Assembly (NCBI GenBank): GCA_044892525.1
Contig: CM097885.1
Location: forward strand, 10,356,001-10,420,000
Direction: 5' to 3'
Length of the DNA stretch: 64,000 bases
From: Schmidtea polychroa
Lineage: Eukaryota
The position numbers and the translations under genes were made by a program. The notes beneath the pieces were generated by a model. It ran no database searches. It was not told the DNA's origin and saw only the letters and a program-made list of their open reading frames with translations. Position 1 is the stretch's first letter. Every line of letters starts with the position of its first letter. This document shows positions 26,543-39,049 of this stretch, piece after piece.

Positions 26543-26988
26543 CTCCTTCAATATTAGATTTTTTAAAAACATTTGGAATAAATGCAAAAACAAATTTTGA
26601 TTTAAAAGATTATGCAAATTATTTAAATTTAAAAATAAAAATATTAATGAATGATGAATTTTCGAGTCTGAAGGACATTCTGAAAGAAGACAGTCCCCTG
26701 AATATAATAATCAATTATCAAAATTCAAATGAAAAAGGATCTCATTGGGTTTGTATATATAATAAATCTATCTACTTTGATTCTTTTGGGATTAAACCTA
26801 CTAAAGAAGTTGAAGATTATCTCTCGAAGGGTTCCCCAACTTTTAATTCTTTACAAGTTCAACCTAATAATACTAAAATATGTGGTATTTTAAGCTTATA
26901 TGTTTTGTATAGATTGAATAAATCCAAAGGAGAAGGTTTCACTTCCTTAATCCAAGAAATTTATAATAATTTAAAATCTCTATTATAA
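26539..26988 (+). CDS. Adenain-like cysteine maturation protease
   Basis: GSHWVCIY, YFDSFG, QVQ...ICG give His/Asp/Gln/Cys catalytic residues; intact 149 aa. Confidence 0.92.
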   Translation: MTPSILDFLKTFGINAKTNFDLKDYANYLNLKIKILMNDEFSSLKDILKEDSPLNIIINYQNSNEKGSHWVCIYNKSIYFDSFGIKPTKEVEDYLSKGSPTFNSLQVQPNNTKICGILSLYVLYRLNKSKGEGFTSLIQEIYNNLKSLL

Positions 26989-26989
26989 A

Positions 26990-27775
26990 ATGGAGCTTCG
27001 CAACCTTCCGGAAGATTATTTAATAAAAATGGTAAACATAATGTCAGATAAATATTCAAGAAGTTTATTAATAAATTCAAAAGAATCAGACTTTACTATA
27101 AATTTTGAAGATTCAATAAATTTAGATCAAGATTTAAATTATGAATTAGGACTCTTGTGGTTTAGCTGTTTTAATACTATTTTTAATATAAATAATAATA
27201 ATAATAAATTTATTATAGTTAAGAGTGATATTTCATCCAAAGATCCTTTTTCAGTTATTAAATCTAATATTATAACAATCGAACCAGGATCATATGAAAT
27301 AGCAGATTTAGCTAAAACAATTCTAAAAGAAACAAATGGAGAAGTAGAAATAAAAGCAGATATTCAAACTTCAAAATGTATTACAACTTTAAAAAATGTT
27401 GCACTTACTGTTACTAAATCCAGTTTCTTTCATACTATTTTAGGTTTTGAAGCTAGAGCTTATGGCACCAACCATTCACCTATTAAATCTAAAAATATTA
27501 TACAATTAACAAATACAAATTCTATAAATATAGAGTGTGATTGTATAATGGGATCATACATTAATGGTAAACATGCAAATATTTTATATTCCATTCCTTC
27601 TAATACCGTGCGAGTTGGATATAAAATGGTTGAAAGAATGAATCCCCCAAATTATTTACCTTTATGCAGAAAAAATATAATGGATATTAGTTTTAGAATT
27701 GTTGATGAAAATGGGGAATTAATTAATTTTAATGGAGAAAAGATTTCAATGTATTTACATTTGAAACAAGTCTAG
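26990..27775 (+). CDS. Minor capsid protein (penton, single jelly-roll)
   Basis: YELGL, IEPGSYEI, LGF, INIECDCIMGSYINGKHANILYS, PNYLPL, FRIVDENGELINFNGE motifs; intact 261 aa. Confidence 0.88.
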   Translation: MELRNLPEDYLIKMVNIMSDKYSRSLLINSKESDFTINFEDSINLDQDLNYELGLLWFSCFNTIFNINNNNNKFIIVKSDISSKDPFSVIKSNIITIEPGSYEIADLAKTILKETNGEVEIKADIQTSKCITTLKNVALTVTKSSFFHTILGFEARAYGTNHSPIKSKNIIQLTNTNSINIECDCIMGSYINGKHANILYSIPSNTVRVGYKMVERMNPPNYLPLCRKNIMDISFRIVDENGELINFNGEKISMYLHLKQV

Positions 27776-27804
27776 AGGAACTTCTAAGGATTTTTTACTA
27801 TAAA

Positions 27805-28805
27805 ATGAATTATGCTAATTATAATAAGTTGGGATTATATAATGATGGATTAAAAGATGAAGATGTTATATCTCTTACAGAAAAGAGATATGTTAATGAA
27901 AGAGGTGATTCAATGAAAGGAGATTTAAATTTAAATGGACACAAGATAAAAGATTTATCTTTACCAACTGATGATTCTGATGCTGCTAATAAAAAATATG
28001 TAGATGGTGTTAAAAATTATACTGATTTAACAACAACAAGAATTGAAAGTTCATTAACAATAAAGCTTAATAATATCGAACAACGATTTAATGATAAATT
28101 TGACAAGTTACAAAGTCTGTTAACTGAACAAGTTGTAAAGTTAAATACTAGTATATTAAATTCTAAAGATAAACGAATTATGAATAATAAATTTAATACA
28201 ATATATAATATAATAAATGAGATGATTACATCATTTAATAAAAGACTTTCAAATTTAGAGTCTCATACAACACATATTAACACAACACACAGTATTAGAA
28301 AAAGAGCTGCTGAATTAGAACAGAATAAAACATTATTACCCCATACATATAAACATTTTATAGAACCAACTTTAATAACAACAAATAGTAAAGAATGGAG
28401 TGTTTTTATGGTTGTAAAGATTATTGATCCTTATTTCTATTTATTTGATGATGATGGTGAAAGAATGAAATGGTTTGCGAAATGTGATTATAATAGTGAG
28501 TTTGAAAGGGTGATGTTATAATTACTGGTTATGATTTACCACACAGACAATGGCATGATAAAACTCATTCTGATACCACACATAAAACTAAAAGTAAGAA
28601 TATTATTTTTAAAAGCACACTTGTAAGTTATATAGATTTAATATTTTATGAAAAAAAGGTTGATGTTGATGAAGTTCGTAAAGCGTTGAGAGAATTGTAT
28701 AAAGATATTCTCTCAACACGAGGTTCTTATGAAATGCGAGTATTGGTACTATTGGAATCAGATAGTACTTCCAGTCAGAGGGTTAAAGTCTTGTTGAGAG
28801 TTTAA
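27805..28805 (+). CDS. Fibre/spike-like protein (frameshift at ~28500)
   Basis: GDSMKGDLNLNGHKIKDLSLPTDDSDAANKKYVD fibre-type repeat, then a long coiled coil; another frame continues to ~28805. Confidence 0.6.
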
Positions 28806-28825
28806 TTATTTTTTTAATTATTAAA

Positions 28826-29371
28826 ATGGAAGTAAGAGAAGAAAAAATTTACCCAGAATTGAGATCATCAGGATATTATTCCCCCAAGGCCTCAGCTCCC
28901 ACAGAACTTGAAATTATGAGAGTGAAAGAATTTAAATCAGAAACCTTACATTTACAAGATTTATTAAAGCATTATAAAAAAATTAAAAATAGATGGAATA
29001 AAGGGAATACAGTTTTAAAAGTTATAGGTTATTCTTTAGGATTTGCATCTGCAATATTAACAGTTATTTTACCTATAACTTTACCGGTTGTTACTCTTGC
29101 GCCTGTAATACTTGGAAGTATTTCTGTAGCTGATGGTTTCTTAACTGAAATAGTTTCACTATCTTATACTTCTAAAAAGAAAAGTTTATATAGAGAAGTT
29201 TGTTTATCAATAGAATTAGGAATCTCTAAATTATTTTTATTTCAATTAAAAGCTTTGGAAGATGGAATCTTAACTGATGATGAAATAATGAAATCAAATC
29301 AAATAATACAAGATATTAAAAATAATATTAATAGATTGAAAAGTGCTAATGTTATAACTAATGAATTATAA
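28826..29371 (+). CDS. Two-hydrophobic-helix Polinton membrane protein (possibly the family annotated GasderminX)
   Basis: N-terminal IYPEL, KHYKK, hydrophobic hairpin VIGYSLGFASAILTVILPITLPVVTLAPVILGSISV, C-terminal KALEDGILTDDE. Confidence 0.6.
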   Translation: MEVREEKIYPELRSSGYYSPKASAPTELEIMRVKEFKSETLHLQDLLKHYKKIKNRWNKGNTVLKVIGYSLGFASAILTVILPITLPVVTLAPVILGSISVADGFLTEIVSLSYTSKKKSLYREVCLSIELGISKLFLFQLKALEDGILTDDEIMKSNQIIQDIKNNINRLKSANVITNEL

Positions 29372-29374
29372 CTA

Positions 29375-31459
29375 CTGATTTATATTTTTCCTTTGTAAGT
29401 CCTATAACTTTGAAAGAGTTTTTAGCATTTTCTGCTAATTGTTTAATAAATAGATGTATGTCATAACCAAAAAGATTATGAAATATAACAGGTACAAATT
29501 TAGGAGTATAACAATTAATATTGCAATTTTTATGAGCTGCTCCTCGATAATTATTTTCCTTTTTTAAATGATCATGATCGGGGACTTTTATATTTTTCGA
29601 AGATTGTAGTTGTCTTTCATGAAACATTCTTTGTTCTTCTTCTTCAATAGTTTCATTATTCGGAGACTGTATTTAAAGACTCTTCAAGGAGTTGATCCTC
29701 AAACGGTTGTTTACACATCCAACAATTTGAAGAATTTTCATATTCTTCCCATTGTTCGGTTGAAAAATTTATTTCATATTTTGTTTCTAATACTTTAAAT
29801 ATTTTATGTTCTAGATCATTTATACTTTTGGTAAAATGATTTAAAACATCTTCTGAAATTCCTTGAAATGTATATTCTCTAGATTCTATGAGTTCAGGAT
29901 AATTACTTTTAAATAATAATTTATAAGCAGATGGTAATTGTTTAGTTTTTTTTAACACTATTAGGTTTATTTCTTTTTCTTAGAAAGGCTTTCATCCTCT
30001 CTGGTTTCATCTTCTCTCCTGAGGAGTTCCATGAATCCATGAGTTTATTTTATTCTATTATTTTTAAATATTGATTAACCAAATCTTGTTTACGATTTAT
30101 AGATTCAAAGTCTCCATAAATCACTCCTACTGTTTGTAGTAAATTTGAAAAGTTTTTAAAATTCATCTTGGGATCTTTAGGCATGTTAATTAAAGCTGGT
30201 TCATCTTTTTCACAAAATCTTGTATGTTTAATCATAGAGTTTTTAGTTGTTGAATAATGAAGACATCTTTTACATGTTCCTCCTCCACTAGTTGGATTCT
30301 CTGGTGATGTAAAAGCTTGAAAGTTTTTTATTAAAATATAATGTTGATTATTTTGTTGTTCCAAGATTAAAAGATATATTTCTCTAGGGTTTTCTGTTCC
30401 ACTATCAGAAATGTAAATTGGAATAATTTCTCTGCTATTAACATGTTTCCCTTTAACACATTCATAAATATTAATTTTAAGATTATTTAATTTTTCAAAT
30501 TCCGGAATGTCTTCGAGTTTCATTGGATGTTTGAATCCTTTGGGAAATATTAATTCATTTTCACATTGTTTGTATTTTGAAACTCTTTGAGGGTTTGATT
30601 CTAGAGGATGTAAATGTTTAAGTATTGACCAGATGAAACATTTGTTATCATTATTCTGTATGTTTATAACATTTTTAGATTTAAAGGGTGTAGGAATATA
30701 AGATTTAGGATTAGGTGGTAATCCTCTCCAATAATCAATCACTAAAGTTTGGAAAGAGTTGAATACTAAGTTTGAATCTCCTAATTCATTTTCTACTTCC
30801 TCTTGTTTTGCTTCTGCTGCTTTAATTATTTCTTTGATGGTTTTATCAAATCCTTTAGTTGAAAATAAATATTTAAAGGGTATTCCAATTTCAACATCTA
30901 AAGGTGTTGTCTTTTCTTCTGCTCCTCGCCAGTATTTTGCTTTGATTATAATCTTATATTTTATAACATTATACCTTGTCGGTTTATAATTTTTTAAAGC
31001 TTCAGTGAAAGAATTTTTAATATTTTTTTTATTTTTATTTATATATTCTCCAGGAGTTGCAGGTCCATTAATTTTTAATTGAAATTCATCTATATGATTA
31101 AAATTATCACAGTTATATTTTTCTCTTTCAACATGATCAGGTTCTCCTTCTGAATGACATTCCTCATCGTCAGAATTTTGTTTTTTATTTTAACATTCTT
31201 TTATATGTTCTAAATAATAGAAATTTAGTTTTGTTGGAAAGTTACAATGAGGACATGTAAATATTTCTCTATTTTTCCCAATACAATTTTCAAAATGTTT
31301 ATTATATCCAGAATGTAGAAATCTTCCTTTACATTTAGGACAAAGTTTTGAATTTCTATCATTAAGATTATTTTCTTTTAATAAATGAGCTTTCGATTTT
31401 AAATGAGAAATTAATCCAGTTTTATTTTTAAAAACTTTATTACAAATATTACAATTCAT
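29375..31459 (-). pseudogene. Protein-primed family B DNA polymerase, N-terminal half only (ZnF, terminal-protein region, OTU-like, exonuclease with EndoVII/HNH insert)
   Basis: C2H2 fingers; INIQNNDNKCFIWS...HYILIK; VIYGDFES (Exo I); CWMC...DHDH...YRGAAHKNCN; HNLFGYDIH (Exo II). Stops at 31190 and 30050 plus frameshifts; ends abruptly after KEKYKS with no palm motifs. Confidence 0.9.
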
Positions 31460-31537
31460 TTTTAGAAAAAAACTTTTTATTGGATACCCTGTTTTCATTT
31501 TTTATGTTTTTATATTCATTTTCATAATGTGACAGTC

Positions 31538-32503
31538 TAATTTTTAGAATTTTATAAATAAAAATCCAAAGTCTAATAGCGCAGTGGGCTAGACTGACAC
31601 AGTGGTTCAAATGCTAGTGGTTCAAATCACATCTGAGGTTAGTTTTTTTTTCAACATAAAATAATATTAAAAATATGAAAATAATAGTGTGGGTATCTTA
31701 GATTTATATTTTATTTTATTTATTTTTATTTTATTTTATTTTATTTTTATCTTGTATATTTTATTTTTTAAACATAAATATGAAAAAAAAATTATTGAAA
31801 CGGGTGTGATGGCGAACCGGTAATTATCGCCACCAGTCTTTCGAACACCCCCGGATCGATTCTATAATGTGCACATTTATTTCTCAGTTGTTTTCGGACC
31901 TCTTTCGGATTCATTTTCGAATTCATTTGTACTTTCGAGCAGCATGCTTAAAACGCCGATGAAATCGTATTCGAGCGAGAAGCGAATAATAAGGTGTGCT
32001 GCTATTATCGAATTGATTCTGATGTATGAGTCTGGCCAGCTTGTATATTGGAAGAGATTTGATAAACGAAAGAGGTTGAAATGATCCGGATCAAAAAAAC
32101 TGTTGAGAGGACAGTGAAAAAAAAATACCACTGTCCTCTCAGAGCAGTTTTATTCTTTTTCATTTATTTTTTAATTTATATAATTTAAAATCAATAATCT
32201 GATAAAGATCAACTCCGGAGTTTGATTACGATCAAAACAATGCCTCAAGTAGTGTGTATATATCCCTAACCAAAATAGCCCTCTAACTTTTTTCATAATG
32301 CCATTTTCTTTTCTATTCTCTTTATGTTTATGAGGCTTTAAAGATTAAAACAGTTAGGGCTATTAAGGGTGGTTGTTTTCAAAAATATAGGGTTAAAATA
32401 CTATAAAAGTATAAGTTTTAGGTTGTTTTTCTAATGGTTTAAGTGAAATGGAGGCATGATTTGTTGGGAGGGCTGTTTTGGTTAGGGATATATACACACT
32501 ACT
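31538..32503 (-). repeat. Polinton right TIR (966 bp)
   Basis: Reverse complement of 20311-21276. Confidence 0.95.
31570..31651 (+). ncRNA. Putative tRNA-derived Pol III transcript in right TIR
   Basis: A box TAGCGCAGTGG (31577), GGTTCAAATGC (31604) and GGTTCAAATCA (31619), T9 run at 31643-31651. Confidence 0.5.
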
Positions 32504-32712
32504 TGTAAGAATTTATAAAAATATTTCTGAAATGTTTTCTTGGATAAATTGATAAAAAAAAATATTTTTTGCCCATTCATATTTCCTATATGCAAATAAA
32601 TGGAATTTTTGGAAAATGTGCTTTTCTAGTTTCAAATGTAATATATTAAACTATTATTGGATTTGTATTGTTTAAATATTCATAATTTATTAAATTTTGT
32701 GAAATCTTTTAA

Positions 32713-33347
32713 ATGTCTAAGTTTAAAGATGAAGAAATGAAATTTTATATAAATGCAATCAGTAATAAATACCAATTTTTGTATAAGATATAATTTATAT
32801 TAGATATAATTTAAAAAACAGATTAAACATGTTGATAAAGATGAATTTCAATTATTTGATGATATAGAATCAGGATCGGATGAAGATTTTGTTATTGGGT
32901 CTGATAATAAAACACTTGGACGTATTTATGAACCAAGGAATTGAAGAAAGGAGGACAATTCTAACGCAAATGGAAATAACAGATGAAAATTTGATACAAA
33001 TATATCTAGTAAAATTGAAGAAGATATGAAGAAAAGAGAAAGTGAAATGATAATAGATAACTTGAATGAATGTTAGACAATTGCTAATAAAACTAAATGG
33101 TAAAATGTGATGCTATGCATGATGTGTTTATTGGATTCTAGTTTCTCTGACAATGAACTAGTGGATTGTGATGGATGTGGAATTGTTGTCCATGAAGGTG
33201 TATAAATGTGATTATCGAGTGAATTGATGCAGTTAGCATATAGATTGCTTTAAGATATATGACAGCGTGTTCATGTCCGTTGATACTAGTGATTCCAGCA
33301 CTGATCCTTGGTTTTGTGATGCATGCTTGTCAAATGTTTCTGATCCG
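32713..33347 (+). pseudogene. PHF14: PHD finger protein 14-like 5' fragment with in-frame stops
   Basis: LCMMCLLDSSFSDNELVDCDGCGIVVHE / intron / CFKIYDSV...DSSTDPWFCDACLS matches the first PHD finger of PHF14; upstream in-frame TAG and TAA. Confidence 0.75.
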
Positions 33348-34004
33348 GTGAGAATTATTATTATTATCTATTATTTCTATCTTTATAAGCTTTCGTAATG
33401 TTTTAATATTTATGAACATTTCTAATTAGCCAGTAAATTTAATTAATATTATAATGGCATTTGATAGGAATATTGAGTGAGAGAGGGAGAGAAATCATTC
33501 TGCTTGACAGGGCGCCATTGTTCCCCCTCTGATATTGATATTGATTGATTGCTATATTTGCAGGAGGAAATATCGATTTCATTTCAATGATTTCCTCATT
33601 CAATATTTGAAACTTTCATTTTTTCACCAGCAAAAATTTAATTTTGCTTAATTAAGAAAAATCGATAAATATTTTCCTTTTCCGTATTATTTTGAATTTG
33701 GAAAAAATTTCCATTGGAAAAATTAATCTTATCGAATTTTTTTGTCCATTTCCTTGCATTAATTGCCACTGAAAATTTATGCATTTTCTAAAATTGAAAT
33801 TGGCGCATTTCGATTGGTTGATATTGATTGGTTGTTATTATGGCGGATATAATTGGCACTTTTCAATCCTTTCTCTCTCTCTCTTGATTTTATATTTTAT
33901 TATTTTTATTTATTTAATATTTTATCATTTTTAAAAATTAATTTTTTTAATATTATTTTTGATTTAATATTTTATTTATTATTAATTTATTTTATATTTA
34001 CTTT

Positions 34005-36007
34005 TATTTTTTGATTTAGTATTTTAATTTTTCTATTTAATATTTTCATAATTTTATTTCTTTTCCATTGGAAAAATTCTTGTCAAATTATTTTTTCAAT
34101 TTCCCTACATATTGCTAGTGAAAATTTGATTTACTATTTTATTTTTATTTTATATTTGAATTATTTATTAAATATAATTTTTTTTCTAATATTTTTATTT
34201 ATCTTATATTTGATATTTAATTATTTATTAATTTTAAATTTTTTATTATTTTATTTTTTTGTTTATTGATTTAATTATTTTTATTTTCGATTTAATATTT
34301 CTATTTATTTGATATTTAATTATTTATTTATTTTATTTTTTTATTTTTTATTTTGATTTAACATTTCAATTATTTATTATTTTTGTAACCACAAGCTGTC
34401 ATATCCTTGTTTAAACATTTCAGCTGCTCATTTTCCAAGGGATTCCAACTGATGATTGGTTGTTATTATGGTGGATATATTTGGCCCTTTCCGCGGACCC
34501 CTGAATAATCCAGGGCACCCCAGGGCGTCAGTAGGGACCAATTTGGGAACCATTGCTCTACATCATAATCAATTATTTCCTAAACTAATTGCTTTCACCC
34601 GAAAATCTCACCATCGATATGCTCAATAAAAATCTCGTATTGCTGTGAACTGTGTAAAATAAAAATACAATTTTGTATGTTGTCATAACTTTTATTTTTA
34701 ACCGACAACATAACATTTTTATTTCAATATTATCTGAAAATCGACTTTTCTCTATCGATTGGTGTTTAAATATTCGAATTTAGACAATGATTTCTGTCTC
34801 AACCGTTGCACTATGTTAAATAATAACAAAAACTTTTAAATGAATTTAATTTATTGATTTGAATATTTGTTTAATAATTTTTAATTTCAATCGATAATCA
34901 AACATGTAATGCAATAATAAATATTATTATTTATCTATACAATTGAATGTAGAAATTTGAAACTATTGTATATAATAATCCAAATCGAGCAAGAATGAGC
35001 AAACAAAACATGAATACATTTAAACAAATGGAAAATATCGTTATTTATTATTAATTTATTTGATATTTACTATTATTTTTTGATTTAGTATTTTAATTTT
35101 TCTATTCAATATTTTAATAATTTTATTTCTTTTCCATTGGAAAAATTCTTGTCAAATTATTTTTTCAATTTCCCTACATATTGCTAGTGAAAATTTGATT
35201 TAATATTTTATTATTTTTATTTTATATTTGAATTATTTATCAAATATAATTTTTTTCTAATATTTTTATTTATCTTACATTTGATATTTAATTATTTATT
35301 AATTTTAAATTTTTTTATTTATTGATTTAATTATTTTAATTTTTGATTTAATATTTCAATTATTTATTATTTTTTGTAACCACAAGCTGTCATATCCTAG
35401 TTTAAACATTTGTTTCAGCTGCTCATTTTCCAAGGGATTCCAACTGATGATTGGTTGTTATTATGGTGGATATATTTGGCCCTTTCCGCGCACCCCAGGG
35501 CGTCTGTAGGGACCAATTTGGGAACCATTGCTCTACATCATAATTAATTATTTCCTAAACTAATTGCTTTCACCCGAAAATCTCACCATCGATATGCTCA
35601 ATAAAAATCTCGTATTGCTGTGAACTTTGTAAAATAAATCTACAATTTTGTATGTTGCCATAACTTTTATTTTTAACCGACAACATAACATTTTTATTTC
35701 AATATTATCTGAAAATCGACTTTTCTCTATCGATTGGTGTTTAAATATTCGAATTTAGACAATGATTTCTGTCTCAACCGTTGCACTATGTTAAATAATA
35801 ACAAAACCTTTTTAATGAATTTAATTTATTGATTTGAATATTTGTTTAATAATTTTTAATTTCAATCGATAATCAAACATTTAATGCAATAATAAATATT
35901 ATTATTTATCTCTACAATTGAATGTAGAAATTTGAAATTATTGTATATAATAATCCATATCCAGCAAAAATGAGCAAACAAAACATGAATGCATTTAACC
36001 AAATGGA
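34005..36007. repeat. ~1-kb tandem duplication (34005-35030 and 35075-36007)
   Basis: Shared blocks such as GTAACCACAAGCTGTCATATCC (34385, 35376) and GGGACCAATTTGGGAACCATTGCTCTA (hAT-like end). Confidence 0.85.
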
Positions 36008-36883
36008 ATGAATTGGACAAATCAATGAATTGGAGTGAAAATATTAATATATGTGCTCAAGGAGTGGAAAATATATTCAAACTATTTATTACACTAACGG
36101 ATACCTCCTTATACTATCACCATCCTAATATTATCAATAAAAGTTTATTTATCAATATATAAATATATCAATAAAATTTATAAGTATATTATTTGAATAT
36201 TTGACATTAATGATTTTTAATGTATAAATTTATGCCCCATAAATATGCCCAAAAGAACTTATACGATTGCATTTAAAAAAGAAATCTTATGATATATAGA
36301 TCAATGGAACGCCCCCTACAAGCAGCGCAATACTTTTCATCCCGTGATAAATATATTATCGATCCATCAATGTTTTATCAATGCCCCTTGTATACTGTTT
36401 TGAACTTGATCCCGGTCTGTCGCTTTGATTTGGATCTTTATGGTTCATTCATTGTGTTGATATGATTTGAATCTTTGTAATTCATTCATGTCGTTGTTAA
36501 CAATAACTATAAATTTCTAGATTGGAATTTATAATAATTATTTTCTTACTGGCTGTAGATCACTGGCTATTGGTCCCTGGTTAATATATACAACTATCAC
36601 AAACTGATTCGAATATATTAATATTAATAATAATAATAATAAAACAATAAAATGATAATTTAAGCCTTTTGCTGCAAATAATGTATTTAATGAAAGAATT
36701 TTCGACTATAAGATAGTCCTTGTCAATAATAACTATAATAAATTGTTATTAATAAATTAGTTGATATAATTTATAAAAATATCTAATGATGAAAAGAGTA
36801 ATGAAAACTAAAACGAGTTTTCAATATAGAAATTTTCTACATCATAAAATAGAACGCTAAAATAAATTTTTTAAAAGATTTAT

Positions 36884-37088
36884 TAATCACTTAATAAAAC
36901 ATCGTCGATATCGAAGTCATCAAAATCAATATCTACATTATTCACAATTTCTATATTATCATTGTCATCTGATGCAGTGTTATCATCATCAAAGCTCGGG
37001 CTGAAACCTCCACATTGCGGCCTGACTTCTTCAAATACTTGGTCACTATCTACAACTACAATATTAATAACCCTAACTTGTCCTTTAT
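36884..37088 (-). CDS. Possible acidic terminal exon of an unknown gene
   Basis: TTTGCAG acceptor, then KGQVRVINIVVVDSDQVFEEVRPQCGG...DIDDVLLSD*. Confidence 0.3.
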
Positions 37089-39049
37089 CTGCAAATAGAT
37101 AAATTTCGAAATATTGATTAAGTAATTATTACAATAACTTTGAGTATATTTGTTATTGTAATGCATGTTTACTACAGCATTATACTGTAACGAAAAGCCT
37201 TATTGAATTTGAAATTTAAGAGGACTATTCTATGGAAGCTCATTTTTCTCTGAATAGTTTAGGAAATATATTTGTGCAATCACAAGCCTTATAATAGGAA
37301 ATGGTAATATTGATAATAATAATATTTTGGCAATTGATTAATCAATGCTAAATTAACTCAATTTATAAATAATTTCAAATTAAATTTACTATTAGATTTT
37401 AATTGTAAATTTTATCCTCTATTTGTGGTACTTAATTTAATCTGTAATAATTAAAATCAAAAGTATTTGTCAAAATGTTAACTTGGAGGTAAATGGGTTC
37501 CACAGTCCACAACAATAAATGATTTTGTGTTTAAATATTCATATTGTAATAAATTTTATGAGAAACAATTTTTGAGGTCTAATATATTGATATTGATCAA
37601 AATTATTGATTTTATTGGTTTGAAGCTTTCACCTAAATATTTAACATGTAAACAAAAGTTTTTGTAAATCATTCGATTATTAAAATTTTTGCTATAAATT
37701 GTTGTTGAAAAAATTAATCTATCCAGGACGCTCAATAATGAGTTTGATATGATATCAATGATATCTTGACTGAATGTGTTTATCTTTATGATTGAAATCA
37801 ATAGCCATAAGTTCGTATACAAAACGCTAGGGCTAGCGCGCGCACGCACACACACAGATTTAGCAATGAAAATTTAAAAATAAATAATTAGCATTTATTA
37901 CAGTTATTCATTTGATACGATTTCTCAACAATTTTACTCTGTTTTCAAATTTTGATTTAAATAATTTTGTAAGATATTTAAAAATATTAACGGTTTTTTT
38001 AAAAAAAAATTTGGCAATTAAGTTACAAATAAATAAGAAAAAAACATAAAAATTAACATTAGGCAAATCTCAATTTAATCTAAAAACCAATATTTATAAA
38101 ATGTTTGTTTATCTACATCAAAAAGCATATTTTAAATATTGAAATTTCAAAAGTAAGAGGAAATAATTATTATTTATAATTTTTATGAATGTTGAAAAAC
38201 TTTGAACTATTTTAATAATTTCATAATGATATTTAATTGATTTATTTTCACAATTATTGATTTGAACTTATTCAAATCGGACAAAATATTTGGGTTTTAA
38301 CATTTTCACAGATATTAATATTTTATTTATTTATTCATTTTACTACAAATTTTCATTTTCCCGTTTGACTTATTTTAATTATTTCTTAAAATTCTTGATA
38401 CAAGAATTAGATTAAATCTTCTGAGTGAATTATATTCTAATATTTGGATCAGTGAAATATCCTTATCCAATTATGGATCATTCCCAATATTTATAACCAT
38501 AACGAGATCATTAGATCAAATGCCAAAACCCCACAATTTCTGAATACATTATTAACCCGTTTAGCGTTACCCACTAAAATGTTATTCAAATCTTAAACAA
38601 TTTTTCCTTAAAAAATTATTGAAAATTTTTGTTGAAAAGTATTTGATAAATCAATATTGATTTTATTTGAATTTCTATTTTTGGTCTGATGATTTTGAGT
38701 TCCTTTCTAATCTGTTCAAATAAATTTTATTTTAATATTTTATGAAAAATATTTGTTTTTATATTTTGATCTATTTTTAATTTAGATTTTCCGATAAAAA
38801 AATGTTATTTAATTTCCCATCAAAATTTTATAAATGAGAAAAACACTGGAAATTAGCATTAAAATAAAAATAATAAAATTTCAAATTGCGCTCAAAGCTA
38901 AAATACAATACTTATAAAATGTTTGTTTATCTACATCAAAATAAAAATTATAAATATTGAAATTGTAAACGTCAGAAGAAATAATTAATATAATAAGTAT
39001 GATTGATGAATGTTGTAAATTTTGAAATATTTTGTTAATTTTAGATAAA

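Larger units (their letters stand above)
20311..32503. mobile_element. Polinton/Maverick (adintovirus-like) endogenous element, 12,193 bp, replication-defective
   Basis: AGTAGT...ACTACT termini, 6-bp TSD TGTAAG (20305-20310, 32504-32509), 966-bp TIRs; MCP, penton, protease, ATPase, integrase and pPolB homologues. Confidence 0.97.

Noticed and set aside
31570..31651. Functional tRNA gene
   Set aside because: No proper acceptor stem or anticodon arm can be folded by eye; kept only as a tRNA-like Pol III unit.
32713..33347. Possible TAA/TAG reassignment suggested by in-frame stops in several relic ORFs
   Set aside because: TRAF and MRPL28 exons have no in-frame stops and the intact Polinton genes end normally at TAA/TAG; C-to-T decay explains the stops.
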